Notes: a model not told the origin generated them from the sequence alone. 64,000 nucleotides of DNA from an uncultured delta proteobacterium (GCA_963713045.1 CAVQKE010000001.1:608001-672000); one strand, 5' to 3'; shown: positions 29,329 to 40,295, counted from the first letter of the stretch. Numbers and translations are program-made.

Positions 29329-32271
29329 GTGGGCCTAAAGGTGGCCCCGGTGAACGCCGTTCTTCAGTCGCTCCGGCGCTTCGCAGTCCAGCGACGCGGC
29401 TGGTTCGTCGTGGCTGTGGCTGTCCTGCTGGCATATGCCGGGGTGGGCTTCATTCTCTTCCCCTGGATTCTGCACCATCAACTTGAGCGCCGCCTCGCCG
29501 CTGCGCTCCACCGCGACGTGTCCATTCAGCGCGTCCGCGCCAACCCCTTCGTCCTTTCCATCACCATTGACGGTTTCTTGGTGAAGGACCGCGATGGCAG
29601 TCCGTTCATCTCCTGGGAGCGCCTCTTCGTGAAGGGACGGGTGCTTCCTCTCCTCAATCGAGAGGCCGACCTTTCCGCTCTGCAGCTGACCCGTCTGCGT
29701 GCCCGCGTCCGTCTGGCCAAGGACGGCAGCCTCAACTTTTCGGACCTCCTGCTGCCTTCGTCGACTGGTGAACCGAGCGACACCGCGACTCCACCCCGTC
29801 GGCCCTTCGTTCTCGGCGTGGACCAACTTGCGTTGGAGGAGGCTCAACTCGACTTCACCGACGTCTCCCACCACCAGCCCTTCCACACGACGGTCGGGCC
29901 CTTCACCATCCGTCTGGAGGCTTTCCGCACTCGAGCGGATGCGAAGAATCCATACGCCTTCAGTGGGACCACCGAGGCCGGAGAGACATTCTCCTGGAGC
30001 GGCTCAGTCCACATCGACCCCATCCGCTCGCAGGGCACCCTGACGCTGGAGGGAATTCGGCTCCCCAAGTACACGCCCTACTACGAGCAGAACGTCGATT
30101 TCGACCTCATCGACGGGACCTTCCGAGTCCAGGGCACGTACCAGCTGGAGTGGGGCCCTCAGAAGCGCGTGGCGCGTCTGTCGGATGGGGCGCTCGCGGT
30201 CCGCAGCCTAGCCCTCCGCCTTCGAGGCACCGCCGAATCCGCCATTGAGTTGCCCGAGCTGAATGTGAGTGGCGTGCAGGCCGACTTGCTGGAGGAGGCG
30301 GCGACGGTGGAGGCCGTTTCGCTGCGGGGGATGACCGTCCGTCTCGTCCGCGACCGGGACGGACACATCAACCTCACCCGCTTGGCCCCGCGCCCGGAGG
30401 AGCATCCCCCCACCCACCCCGGACCGACCAAGACCGCCAAGCCCTTCCGCTGGACGGTCAACAAGGTGCAGCTGAGCGATGTCCGGGTGCTGTTCACGGA
30501 CCTGCTGCCTGCGTCCCCCGTCAGGGTCGAGCTGGCCCCGCTAGCCGTTACCGTCGGCAACCTCTCGAGCGACCATTCCGCGCTTTCCACCCTGGTGGTG
30601 AGTACCGGTTGGAATGGGACCGGACACCTGGCCGCGGACGGGAACGTCTCGCTGTGGAAGCCAGCGGCCGACCTGTCCTTGCACCTGCAGGGTCTGACGC
30701 TGCCGCCCGTCGACGGCTACCTCCCACTGTACGGCGGTGTCGACGCGCGCCTCGGCGATGGCCGTCTCAACCTGGAAGGACGTCTCCACGTCGACGCGGC
30801 GGCAGATGCACTGGTCTACGGCTTTGACGGGAACGCCTCGCTCGACGCGCTTGCACTCCTCGACACGCAGCGGGGCCAGGAGCTCATCCGCTGGAAGTCC
30901 CTTCAAGTGCTTGGCCTTCATCTCACGTCACAGCCGCAGGCTTTTTCCGCTCACTCGGTGCGGTGGATAGAGCCGCGGGTGAAGATTCAAATCGCCGCCG
31001 ACGGCTCCTCCAACGTGCGTCGGGTGCTCCGCGCTGGGCCGGCGGCACCGGGAGCTGCAGCGGCCCCATCCACCAAGCCAGCCCCCAAAGACGCCAGTTC
31101 GCCATCCCCCATCTCCATCGCCACCTTTCAAATCGTCCGGGGAAGTGTCGGCCTGGTGGACCGGTCGGTTCAGCCGGTGGCGCTTTTCGAGATGTCCGAC
31201 GTCGACCTGCGGATTCGCGGGCTCTCCAACGACTTGGCGGCCCGCGCCCAGGTGGAGCTCCAGGCCACCGTGGAAGGCGGTCCGCTCAAAGTGAGCGGCA
31301 CGCTGAGTCCGCGAATGAAGAACGACGCCACGGACCTCAAAATCACCTCAAAGGGCATCGACCTCACCCCGCTCGCTCCCTACTTCGGTAAGTACGTTGG
31401 CTTTGGCCTGGAGAAGGGCAAGCTCGACCTCGACCTTGGCTACAAGGTGGCGCAGCGCCACCTGGATGCAACCAACCTGGTGCGAGTGGACCAGCTCACC
31501 CTCGGGGAGGAGACGCATAGCCCGGACGCCACCAAGCTCCCGGTGAAGCTTGGACTGGCCGTCCTTCAGGACCGCGATGGCATCATTGAGTTGGACGTGC
31601 CGGTGGATGGAAACGTCGACGACCCGGACTTTCGTCTGGGGAAGCTCATCTGGCACGCCATTGGAAACATCTTCACGAAGATTGTGACCGCGCCCTTCGC
31701 AGCGCTGGGGGCTCTCTTCGGGGCCGGCAGCGAGCGGCTGGATTTGGTGGACTTCACGCCGGGCACGGCGGAGGTGAACGCCAAGGGGGAGAAGACGCTG
31801 CAGAACCTGGCCAAGGCACTGTACTCCCGGCCCGCCCTCAAACTGGAAATACAGGGCACTGTGGACGCCGAGGCGGATGGGAGCGTGCTTCGCCGGCAGG
31901 CGCTCCGCCAGCAAGCGCGCGAGCAGAAGTGGAAGGCACAGCAGGGCCACCGGGGCGCCGCTGCCTCTCCGGATGGGGTGGAGCTGTTGGAAGACGAATT
32001 CGTGAAATTCATCGAAGCCGACTACCAGCACACCTTTCCGAAGGACGGGAAGCAGCCGGCGCCCAGCGTGACGGAGATGGAGGAACGCCTATCGGCGGCC
32101 GTCGAGCTCAGCCCGGAGGCTTTGCCTGCGCTCGGTCGGCGCCGAGGGGAGGTGGCCCGTGACCGAATTCTCCAGTCGGCGCAGGTGGAACCCGAGCGCC
32201 TCTTTCTGGTCGAAGGCGGCGAGCGGGCCACCAAGGAAAAGGGCCCGCGTGTCTACTTCACCCTCAAGTAA
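29329..32271 (+). CDS. DUF748 (AsmA-superfamily-like) protein
   Basis: N-terminal TM, NPF.L, DGSLNFSDLL, LPVKLGLAVLQDRDG.I.LDVPV.G...DP.F, OmpA-like tail. Confidence 0.88.
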   Translation: MGLKVAPVNAVLQSLRRFAVQRRGWFVVAVAVLLAYAGVGFILFPWILHHQLERRLAAALHRDVSIQRVRANPFVLSITIDGFLVKDRDGSPFISWERLFVKGRVLPLLNREADLSALQLTRLRARVRLAKDGSLNFSDLLLPSSTGEPSDTATPPRRPFVLGVDQLALEEAQLDFTDVSHHQPFHTTVGPFTIRLEAFRTRADAKNPYAFSGTTEAGETFSWSGSVHIDPIRSQGTLTLEGIRLPKYTPYYEQNVDFDLIDGTFRVQGTYQLEWGPQKRVARLSDGALAVRSLALRLRGTAESAIELPELNVSGVQADLLEEAATVEAVSLRGMTVRLVRDRDGHINLTRLAPRPEEHPPTHPGPTKTAKPFRWTVNKVQLSDVRVLFTDLLPASPVRVELAPLAVTVGNLSSDHSALSTLVVSTGWNGTGHLAADGNVSLWKPAADLSLHLQGLTLPPVDGYLPLYGGVDARLGDGRLNLEGRLHVDAAADALVYGFDGNASLDALALLDTQRGQELIRWKSLQVLGLHLTSQPQAFSAHSVRWIEPRVKIQIAADGSSNVRRVLRAGPAAPGAAAAPSTKPAPKDASSPSPISIATFQIVRGSVGLVDRSVQPVALFEMSDVDLRIRGLSNDLAARAQVELQATVEGGPLKVSGTLSPRMKNDATDLKITSKGIDLTPLAPYFGKYVGFGLEKGKLDLDLGYKVAQRHLDATNLVRVDQLTLGEETHSPDATKLPVKLGLAVLQDRDGIIELDVPVDGNVDDPDFRLGKLIWHAIGNIFTKIVTAPFAALGALFGAGSERLDLVDFTPGTAEVNAKGEKTLQNLAKALYSRPALKLEIQGTVDAEADGSVLRRQALRQQAREQKWKAQQGHRGAAASPDGVELLEDEFVKFIEADYQHTFPKDGKQPAPSVTEMEERLSAAVELSPEALPALGRRRGEVARDRILQSAQVEPERLFLVEGGERATKEKGPRVYFTLK

Positions 32272-32298
32272 GAGGGCGCCCGAACGCCTTTCCAAGGG

Positions 32299-33696
32299 TT
32301 AGAAGACGTAGGCCAGCGCGAAGAGCAAGCTCAACGTCTGCGCGGTGAGCGGCTGATGGAGATTGATGAGCCCGCCAACAGCAGGCGGGATGACCTGCAA
32401 GGGGATGACGCCATTCCCCCACTCGTAACCCAAACCGACCGAGCCCGACAGGTGTGGACTGTTGAAGGAGATGCCCCCGCGCACACCGTAGAAGCTAATG
32501 GATTGAAATACGTTCGACGGAACATTCCCTGGCGCAAGGGCCGAGTAAAAGCCCGCCAGGATGCTGATGAGTTTGCTTACCTTGACGCTGCCCCCAACGT
32601 TCAAGTCGACGACGTTGCGCGTCCCCCAGGTTTGGGCCGGGAAGGGACTGACCACCTTTTGCGGCGGAGTCCCGTTCACCGCGTTGACCACAGTGACCGG
32701 AAGGGAAGAATTCACCAGGATGTACGGGCCGGTGGCAATGTACCAGTGCGCATCCAGTTCAAGCTCGGCCGGGCCGAGCTTGAACGCCAGGCCCGCGCTG
32801 ATTTCCCCGGGAATCACATAGTTGAAGGTTGCGCCGGTGTCGCGAAAACTCAACTGGCGCGTGCTCGAGGGGCTGGTCACGTTCTGCGAGTCGACTCCCT
32901 GCACGGTGAGGTTGCCGCTCGAAAAAAGGCGCACCGCAGGCGGCTGGAGCACCGCTCCCACTCCGAGCCAGGGCAGCGCATCCCATTGAAAGCTGACGGT
33001 CGGCAGCAGGTGAAAGTTGTAGGCGTAGAAGGCGACCGTACGGACCGAGTTGGTCAGCGACGAGGCGGTGTTGAGCGAGGCGCTCAGCTGCCCACTGTTG
33101 TTGAGCTGGGTGTAAGGAACTGACAACTCGAAGCCAAGCCGCAGCCGCTCGCTCACCGCGTAAGCCACTGCCACATCCGGTTGGTACTGGGTAAAGGATG
33201 AGTTCACGCTGTAATAGACGCTGGTTGAATTCGAGACGGCTGCGCCGAGGTTGATGCCTTGATTCCAGGCGACGGGGGTGCTGACCCCAAAGCCGAACCG
33301 CACATTCTTGAGGGGGATGGCTTCCTCACCGAGAACGATGCCGACGAAGTTTGGCACCGCACTGAGATTAGATTGCTGGGTCCCCGCACCGAGTTCATTG
33401 GAGCCTTGCAAGAATGTCAGCTGGTAGCCCTGGACGCTTGCATTCACCGTGGTCCGCGTCGACAAGACGAGGCCCGCAGGGTTGTACCAAAGCGCCGGAG
33501 GGGTCCCTGACCGCACCAGCGCGGCGCCAGCCATGATGGATTCGTCGAGACCTGGGAATACCCGGTTGAAATTCGGCGCAAGCAACGTCGGGGGAAACAG
33601 CGGCTGTTGAGCCGCTGCCCATCCTGGGAGAAGAAGTGCGCCAGCGAGCACCACCAGTCGTCCCCGTCTCCGACGAACGACCTGTCCGCCTTCCAT
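32299..33696 (-). CDS. outer-membrane beta-barrel protein, FadL/OmpP1-like
   Basis: Signal peptide, WYNPAGL motif, alternating beta pattern, C-terminal YVF. Confidence 0.7.
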   Translation of the reverse strand: MEGGQVVRRRRGRLVVLAGALLLPGWAAAQQPLFPPTLLAPNFNRVFPGLDESIMAGAALVRSGTPPALWYNPAGLVLSTRTTVNASVQGYQLTFLQGSNELGAGTQQSNLSAVPNFVGIVLGEEAIPLKNVRFGFGVSTPVAWNQGINLGAAVSNSTSVYYSVNSSFTQYQPDVAVAYAVSERLRLGFELSVPYTQLNNSGQLSASLNTASSLTNSVRTVAFYAYNFHLLPTVSFQWDALPWLGVGAVLQPPAVRLFSSGNLTVQGVDSQNVTSPSSTRQLSFRDTGATFNYVIPGEISAGLAFKLGPAELELDAHWYIATGPYILVNSSLPVTVVNAVNGTPPQKVVSPFPAQTWGTRNVVDLNVGGSVKVSKLISILAGFYSALAPGNVPSNVFQSISFYGVRGGISFNSPHLSGSVGLGYEWGNGVIPLQVIPPAVGGLINLHQPLTAQTLSLLFALAYVF

Positions 33697-33951
33697 CCGT
33701 CCCTCACCCTGGTGCCGATGGCCGCTTCTTCAACGCTAATAGAGCGGGCCTCTCAGGGTCACCGCCCAAGCGCGCCGGCTTTGCACTTTTCCGCCCATTG
33801 GCGCCAGGAAGTCCGTTCGCACTTGGGGGAAACGACGCGTTGGAACGCGGAAAACAGACCGCTTCGTGGCGAAGACACTCGGAAGCCGACGGCAGCGCTT
33901 CTCGCCTTGGGCAGACAGAGAGGCGGGCGTCCTGATAGGAGTGTTCTGCCG

Positions 33952-34533
33952 ATGAGAAGACCGATGGTATGGGTCGCGCTTGCCACCGCAGCGCTGGGGT
34001 GCCCTGCAAATCCTGCGAAGACGAGTTTGGAGCCAAGCGCTCCGGCAGCAGCCTCAGTCTCGACGGATAGCCTCGAGAAGCGCTACGCCGGAACCTACGT
34101 CTACATCGGACCGAGCTCAGAACGGGCAGCGGTGGAAGCGGCAGTGGACGCGGCGACCGAGGGAATGATTGGGGTGCACATCGCTCGCCAAGAAATACTG
34201 AAGCGCTCGGAAATCCGTCCCACGTACACCATCAGCTTCGACGACAAGGGAGACGTCAGCGTCGAGACGCCGGGGTACCCCCCGGAGGTTTCGCCCCTCA
34301 ACGGCACCGAAGTGAAGCTGACCGACAAATACGGTGACGCCGTGGAAAACAGTCAACAATTCGTCGACGGTGCGCTTCTGCAACAGGGCAGAACGAACGA
34401 CGGAAGCGGTTCAACGCAGTTCAAGCTTCAGCTGGATGGCAACACCCTGCGCGTCACTCGGGTGAGCAAGAGTCCGAAATTGCCCAGACCGGTCGAATTC
34501 AAGCTCACCTATCATCGCCGTCAGGGACCTTAG
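33952..34533 (+). CDS. hypothetical lipoprotein
   Basis: AGGAG RBS, lipobox AALGC, beta-rich body. Confidence 0.7.
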   Translation: MRRPMVWVALATAALGCPANPAKTSLEPSAPAAASVSTDSLEKRYAGTYVYIGPSSERAAVEAAVDAATEGMIGVHIARQEILKRSEIRPTYTISFDDKGDVSVETPGYPPEVSPLNGTEVKLTDKYGDAVENSQQFVDGALLQQGRTNDGSGSTQFKLQLDGNTLRVTRVSKSPKLPRPVEFKLTYHRRQGP

Positions 34534-34638
34534 AGCCGCTGCCACCGTGGCCGCGGGCACGCCAACCCGTGCATGGCGAGCGCGAGGCGCTACGCCCGAC
34601 GGGGCGGCGGCCGATGTTGAGGCCCGGGCAAAAGCGCT

Positions 34639-34686
34639 AAAAAAGGGGCCGGAGCAGCCTGGCAGAAGCACCAGCAACTCCGACCC
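34639..34686 (-). terminator. intrinsic terminator after tRNA-Pro
   Basis: GGGTCGGAG...CTCCGGCCC stem followed by a T-tract on the minus strand. Confidence 0.75.
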
Positions 34687-34695
34687 ATACACCCT

Positions 34696-34770
<75 letters not shown>

Positions 34771-35084
34771 GGCACTAGCGACGATGGACGGCCGAGCGTC
34801 CTTTTCACTCGACTTCCTCCGGGAGTGGACCTCGTAACCGATGCCGGAACGCGACGTCAACGGTAGGCGGTCCGAGGGCCAGGCGTCCTTTGCGCTTTCC
34901 CAGGCGCCATCCAGTGCCCTCGCCGCCGACCCTGGGGCCCCCGGCCCGGCACGACGAGGGACGGCTGTCTCGGCTTTTCAGGGTTTCCCGCGTTTGGCCG
35001 CGAAGGGGGTAGGAGCTGACCTGCAGCCTCGGACTGACCCAGGGAGGGACCCTCCAACACGCTGAAATTGCGGGCGTCTGCGGG

Positions 35085-35100
35085 TGGAACCGTTCTTGCA
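35085..35100 (+). promoter_or_regulatory. candidate sigma54 (-24/-12) promoter
   Basis: TGGAAC-CGTTC-TTGCA (GG-N10-GC) 40 nt upstream of the response regulator ATG. Confidence 0.6.
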
Positions 35101-35139
35101 ATCAACCGGGGACAGACACGTTGCATCTTCGAGCTGACC

Positions 35140-35514
35140 ATGGCTGACAAGCCGACCATTCTCATTGCAGACGACGAACCGGGTGTTGTTGCCGCCCTGG
35201 CCCGCGAAGCACGGCGCGCGGGCCTTTCCTACATCACCGACACCAGCTCGCGCCTGGTGCACGAACTGGCGCTCAAGCACCAGCCGGCGGTCATCATCCT
35301 CGACCTCAAGCAGCATGTGGATGGTCGAGACCTGCTGGCGAGCCTCAAGAAGGACCCGCGAACCAAGCACATCAAGGTGCTGGTGTTGTCCGCAATTGAG
35401 GACCAATTCACGCGGCACGTTTGCCTCGAGCTCGGTGCCGACGATTATGACGTAAAGCCGTTCGACCCCTGCTTCATGTCGAAGGTGGCGCGACTGGCGG
35501 GCGTGAAGAACTAG
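35140..35514 (+). CDS. single-domain response regulator
   Basis: ILIADDE, IILDL, VLSA, GADDY..KPF. Confidence 0.9.
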   Translation: MADKPTILIADDEPGVVAALAREARRAGLSYITDTSSRLVHELALKHQPAVIILDLKQHVDGRDLLASLKKDPRTKHIKVLVLSAIEDQFTRHVCLELGADDYDVKPFDPCFMSKVARLAGVKN

Positions 35515-35643
35515 CCCGAAGGCTTTCTCCAGGCTCCGGGCGACCCCCTCCCGGCCGGAGCCAGCACTGGCGCCTCGGGGCCGCTTCGCGGCCCGGCGGC
35601 GCCGTGCGACTTTGCGGGGCCGTGGAGTAGAAGGGGACTGCCG

Positions 35644-37155
35644 ATGAGCCCTGGTTTCGACAGCGCGCAGAACCTCGAGCGCCGGGTCAGCAAGCTCACT
35701 TCGGTCCTGGACGTGGCCAAGGCGATGGCCGCGGCCCGAAACCTGGAGTCGCTGCTGCCGCTCATCATCCTCGAGGCAGCGAAGGTGGTGGATGCCGACC
35801 GCTGCACGCTGTTCATCCTTGACCGAGACCGCGGGGAGCTGTGGAGCAAGGTGGCGCAAGGTGCGGCCAAGGAGATTCGCGTCAAACTGGGTCGCGGCAT
35901 CGCTGGGACGGTGGCCGAGACGGGTGCTGTCATCAACATCACCGATGCCTACCAGGACCCGCGCTTCAACCGTGACATCGACCTCACCACCGGTTACCGG
36001 ACACGCACTGTGCTGTGCGTCCCGATGCGCGATGCGGCGGGCGAAGTCACCGGCGTGCTTCAGGCGCTGAACAAGCATGAGGGCGCCTTTGGAGAGGAAG
36101 ACACCGAGCTGCTCCTCGCACTTGGGGGTCAAGCGGCCGGGGCCATCGAGAACGCTCTGCTCCACGAGGAAATCAGCCGCCTCTTCGAGGGCTTTGTGGC
36201 CGCGTCGGTGGTGGCCATCGAGTCCCGAGACCCGACCACGGCTGGCCATTCCGGGCGGGTCGCCTCGCTCACCGTCGGTCTGGCCGAGGCCATCGAGCAC
36301 GTGGACCGGGGGCCCTACGCCCGGCTGCGCTTTTCGACCCAGGACGTGCAAGAGATTCGCTACGCCAGCCTCCTGCATGACTTCGGCAAGGTCGGCGTCC
36401 GCGAGCCGGTGTTGGTGAAGGCAGAGAAGCTGTACCCGCACGAGTTGGCGGTACTCCAGGCGCGCTTCGAGGTGGCGCGGAAAGACCTCATGTTGAAGAG
36501 CTACCAGCGGCGCTGGAGCGCGGTCGGGCGCCGGGGGGAGCGAGCACTGTCAGAGGTGGAGGGCGAGGAAGAGGAACGACTCGCACGGGAGTTGGCGCAG
36601 CTGGACGAGATGCGCCAATTCGTCCTCGCCTGCAACAAGCCGACAGTGCTGGCTCAGGAGGGATTTGAGCGGCTGTCCGAGGTGGCCCGCTTTTCTTTTG
36701 ACGACGGACAGGGTGAGGAGCGCCCCCTCCTCATCCCCCGGGAACTGGAGTGCCTGTCCATCTCCCGCGGCTCGCTTTCTGCCGGAGAGCGAATCGAAAT
36801 TGAAAGCCACGTCACCCACACCTTTCGCTTTCTCTCGCAGATTCCGTGGACGCGGGCCCTGCGGCGCGTGCCGGACATCGCCTATGCCCATCATGAGCGG
36901 CTGAACGGCCGCGGCTACCCACGCTCCATCCCCGCGCAAGACATCCCGGTGCAGTCGAAGATGATGGCCATCGCCGACGTTTACGACGCCCTCACCGCCG
37001 CGGACCGCCCCTACAAGAAGGCCGTCCCCACGGTGCAGGCGCTGGCCATCATCGAGCAGGAGTCCAAAGCGGGAATGCTCGACGAGGAGCTGTTCCGCGT
37101 CTTCGTCCAAGCCGAAGTCCCGAGAAAAGCACTGGCCCCGCTTCGGGACGGCTGA
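35644..37155 (+). CDS. GAF + HD-GYP cyclic di-nucleotide phosphodiesterase
   Basis: GAF (DAYQDPRFN, NK..GAF..ED), HSGRV, LHDFGK, HHERLNGRGYP, ADVYDAL...RPYK. Confidence 0.92.
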   Translation: MSPGFDSAQNLERRVSKLTSVLDVAKAMAAARNLESLLPLIILEAAKVVDADRCTLFILDRDRGELWSKVAQGAAKEIRVKLGRGIAGTVAETGAVINITDAYQDPRFNRDIDLTTGYRTRTVLCVPMRDAAGEVTGVLQALNKHEGAFGEEDTELLLALGGQAAGAIENALLHEEISRLFEGFVAASVVAIESRDPTTAGHSGRVASLTVGLAEAIEHVDRGPYARLRFSTQDVQEIRYASLLHDFGKVGVREPVLVKAEKLYPHELAVLQARFEVARKDLMLKSYQRRWSAVGRRGERALSEVEGEEEERLARELAQLDEMRQFVLACNKPTVLAQEGFERLSEVARFSFDDGQGEERPLLIPRELECLSISRGSLSAGERIEIESHVTHTFRFLSQIPWTRALRRVPDIAYAHHERLNGRGYPRSIPAQDIPVQSKMMAIADVYDALTAADRPYKKAVPTVQALAIIEQESKAGMLDEELFRVFVQAEVPRKALAPLRDG

Positions 37156-37168
37156 ACCGGCAGCGGAT

Positions 37169-38818
37169 TCACTGCAGTCCCGGGGGTGCGGCGTGAAGCA
37201 AGGCCCGCCCCGGCAGGGCCTCGGTGCGGATGCCGTCGCGGAGGACGACCTGGCCGTTGACCAGCACCAAGTCAATGCCCACTGGGTACTGCTTTGGGGC
37301 TTCGTAGGTGGCGGTATCGGCGATGGTGGCGGCGTCGAAAACCACCACATCCGCGGCCATGCCGACCCGGAGCAGGCCTCGGTCGAAGAGGCCAAGGCGA
37401 GCGGCGGGAAGCGACGTCATCTTTCGCACTGCCTCTTCGAGGGGGAAGAGCGTCTCCTCGCGGACGTAGTGGCCGAGCACACGAGGCATGGCACCAAAGG
37501 CCCGGGGGTGCGTTTGGTCAGCAGCAAGGGGGCCGTCCACGGCGAGTGCGGCGGCATCGGTGCCGAATGACGTCCAGGGCTGGCGCATCGCCAGGCGCAG
37601 GTCGCTCTCGTCCATGGAGAAGCGCTCCACCAGGGTGTTGTTGCCCCGGTCGGCGAGGACCAGGTCGACCAGCGCCCCGGCAGCAGTGACTCCGCCCTCC
37701 TTGGCCAGCTGCGCCAGTGTCTTGCCCTCCGCCGGCTTGGCCTCGGGAAGGACACAGGACACCACGGTGATGCGCTCCGGCTCATCGCCATCGGCCCAGC
37801 TCTGGGTGACCTCCCGCTCCACCCGCGCCCGCTGCTCGGGGTCGCGCAACCGCTCGAGCATGGCGCTGGTGCCGCCGGCCATCACCCAGCCGGGGAGGTC
37901 CGCCGTCAGGTCATTCATCGCGGCGAGATAGGGATAGACGTTTGCGGCGATGTCGACGCCCTCGGTGCGGGCGAGCGCAATGCGCTGAACCACGTCCGCC
38001 ATTCGCCCCCAGTTGCGCTTTCCCGCGACCTTGAGATGCCAGACGTCGACCGGGATGCGGGCGCGCTGGCCGATGGCAATGGCCTCCTCCAGCGCTTCGA
38101 GAACCCCATCCCCCTCCTCACGCAGGTGGGTGGCGTAGAAGCCGCCCCAGGCGGAGGCCGCCTGTGCGAGCGCGACCAGCTCGTCGGTGGTCGCATAGCT
38201 TGCCGGCGCGTATTGCAGCGCCGAGCCGAGGCCGAAGGCTCCCTGACGCATCTGCTTTCGGACCTCGACCTGCATCCGCAGCAGCTGCTCTGGCGTCGGC
38301 GGCCCCTGGGCAAAGCCCATGACTGCGGCGCGGACCTGGGTGGCGCCGACGATGGTTGCTAAGTTGACGGCCGACCGCGCGAGGCGAAAGCGTTTCCAGT
38401 AGCCAGTCAAGTCCGTCCAGTCGATGCGCAAATGGTGAAGCGCCAACCCATCTGCCAGCTGCGCGACCAGCGGGGCCGTCATCGGCGCGATGCTTCGCCC
38501 TTCGCCGGTCAGTTCGGTGGTGATGCCCTGGCGAATTTTCGACTCGGCCCTCCCATCGACGAGAAGCGCCAGCGCGGACTGGCCCAGCATGTCGATGAAG
38601 CCGGGTGCGACGAAGCGACCGTTGAGGTCGATGCGCTGTTTCGCCGCGGCTCCATGGAGGTCACCGACGGCTGCGATGCGGTCCCCCTGAATGGCGACGT
38701 CAGCGCGGAACCAGGGTGCTCCAGTCCCGTCCAGGACGCGGCCGTTCTCAAGAACGATGTCGTAGCGTTCAGCCTGAGCCGACAGCGACACTGCCACCAG
38801 CAGAGCGAGCAAGCCCAC
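37169..38818 (-). CDS. N-acyl-D-amino-acid deacylase family amidohydrolase
   Basis: DGTG, APGFID, QGITTE, THLRE, HLK, YPY, HPR.FG..PR, RKMTSLPA. Confidence 0.9.
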   Translation of the reverse strand: MGLLALLVAVSLSAQAERYDIVLENGRVLDGTGAPWFRADVAIQGDRIAAVGDLHGAAAKQRIDLNGRFVAPGFIDMLGQSALALLVDGRAESKIRQGITTELTGEGRSIAPMTAPLVAQLADGLALHHLRIDWTDLTGYWKRFRLARSAVNLATIVGATQVRAAVMGFAQGPPTPEQLLRMQVEVRKQMRQGAFGLGSALQYAPASYATTDELVALAQAASAWGGFYATHLREEGDGVLEALEEAIAIGQRARIPVDVWHLKVAGKRNWGRMADVVQRIALARTEGVDIAANVYPYLAAMNDLTADLPGWVMAGGTSAMLERLRDPEQRARVEREVTQSWADGDEPERITVVSCVLPEAKPAEGKTLAQLAKEGGVTAAGALVDLVLADRGNNTLVERFSMDESDLRLAMRQPWTSFGTDAAALAVDGPLAADQTHPRAFGAMPRVLGHYVREETLFPLEEAVRKMTSLPAARLGLFDRGLLRVGMAADVVVFDAATIADTATYEAPKQYPVGIDLVLVNGQVVLRDGIRTEALPGRALLHAAPPGLQ

Positions 38819-38870
38819 GGGGCAGTAGCCTAACCGCAGCGACCAACGTCCCCTCCCCAGGGCTGATGCC

Positions 38871-40295
38871 TCAGACGATGGTATGCAGCCGGACGGTGTT
38901 GGTGTGGCCTGCCTTCCCTACCGGAGAGCCGAAGACCACCACCACCCGGTCACCGGCGTGGGCAAATCCCCGGCTGACCAGCTCCTCTTCCACCCGCCGC
39001 ACCATGTCTTCGGCACGGTCCAGGGGTTCCAGCACCCGGGGCACCACGCCCCACAGCAGGGACAGAGTGCGACGGACCTCCTGGTTCGGCGAAAAGGCGA
39101 CCACCGGGACGGGAGGGCGGTAGTGGCTCAGCAAGCGGGCCGTCGAGCCGGAGAGGGTGAAGGCTGCGATGGCCACTGCGTTGGACAGCCGCGCCGCTTC
39201 GCAGGCGATGGCCGCCGTCACATCCGGGAAGGATGCCGGCGCCGTCAGCGGCAGCCGCTGCGGCACCCGCCCTTGCATTCGCGCCGCGCTCTCCGCCGCC
39301 AGGATGATGCGGTCCATCATCTGGACGCTTTCCGCAGGGTAGGCGCCGGAGGCCGTTTCCCCGGAGAGCATCAGGGCATCCGCCCCGTCAAAAATGGCGT
39401 TGGCCACATCAGACGCCTCAGCGCGCGTGGGACGCGGATGTTCAATCATCGAATTGAGCATCTGGGTGGCGACGATGACTGGGAGCCCCCGGGTGTTGGC
39501 CCGGCGGATGATGTCCTTTTGGATGGCGGGCACTTCCTCGGGTGGAATCTCCACGCCGAGGTCACCCCGGGCGACCATGACGCCGTTGGCTCTGTCCAGA
39601 ATGGCATCCAGGCGCGCGATGGCCTCCGGCTTCTCCAGCTTGGCGACGATGGGGACCTGACGGCCGGCCTCTGACATCGCCGCGCGGGTCTGATCCAAAT
39701 CGCTCGGCTGCCGGACGAAGGACAGGCCGATGAAGTCGATGCCCGCCTTGAGTCCGAAGACGAGGTCCTCGCGGTCCTTCGGGGTCAGGGCCTCGGCCCG
39801 GAGCGCAACGCCGGGCAGGTTGATGCCCTTGCTGTTGGTGAGCGTGCCACCGTGGATGACTTCAGTCACCACCTTGCTTTTCTTGTCCGTCTCCACCACC
39901 ACCAGTTCCAGCAGTCCGTCGTCCAACAGGATGCGGTCCCCGCGGTTCACGTCGGCGGCGAGGTGGGGGTAGGTGGTGGCCAACAACTCCGCGGTTCCCA
40001 GCACGGTTTCGTCGGTGGTGATGCTGAGCGTCGCTCCGGGCAGGAGTTCGACGCTGCCCCCTTGGAGCTTTCCGGTGCGAATTTTCGGCCCTTGGAGGTC
40101 CCCTAGAATGCCTACCCCTTTGCGCACCTTCAGGGAGGCAGCCCTCAGCATGGAAATGGTCTTCGCATGTTGCTCGTGCGTCCCGTGCGAGAAGTTGAGG
40201 CGCGCGACGTCCATCCCACCGGCGAGCAGCTTCTCCAGCATGCCGGGGTCGAGGCTTGCGGGCCCCAGAGTGCAGACGATTTTGGCGCGACGCAT
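38871..40295 (-). CDS. pyk: pyruvate kinase
   Basis: KIVCTLGP, RLNFSHG, DLQGPKIR, AKLE, MVARGDLGVE, PTRAEASDVANA. Confidence 0.98.
   Translation of the reverse strand: MRRAKIVCTLGPASLDPGMLEKLLAGGMDVARLNFSHGTHEQHAKTISMLRAASLKVRKGVGILGDLQGPKIRTGKLQGGSVELLPGATLSITTDETVLGTAELLATTYPHLAADVNRGDRILLDDGLLELVVVETDKKSKVVTEVIHGGTLTNSKGINLPGVALRAEALTPKDREDLVFGLKAGIDFIGLSFVRQPSDLDQTRAAMSEAGRQVPIVAKLEKPEAIARLDAILDRANGVMVARGDLGVEIPPEEVPAIQKDIIRRANTRGLPVIVATQMLNSMIEHPRPTRAEASDVANAIFDGADALMLSGETASGAYPAESVQMMDRIILAAESAARMQGRVPQRLPLTAPASFPDVTAAIACEAARLSNAVAIAAFTLSGSTARLLSHYRPPVPVVAFSPNQEVRRTLSLLWGVVPRVLEPLDRAEDMVRRVEEELVSRGFAHAGDRVVVVFGSPVGKAGHTNTVRLHTIV

Noticed and set aside
33782..33797. Sigma54-like TGGGCG-N5-GTGCA upstream of the FadL-like gene
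   Set aside because: Too many mismatches to consensus to support
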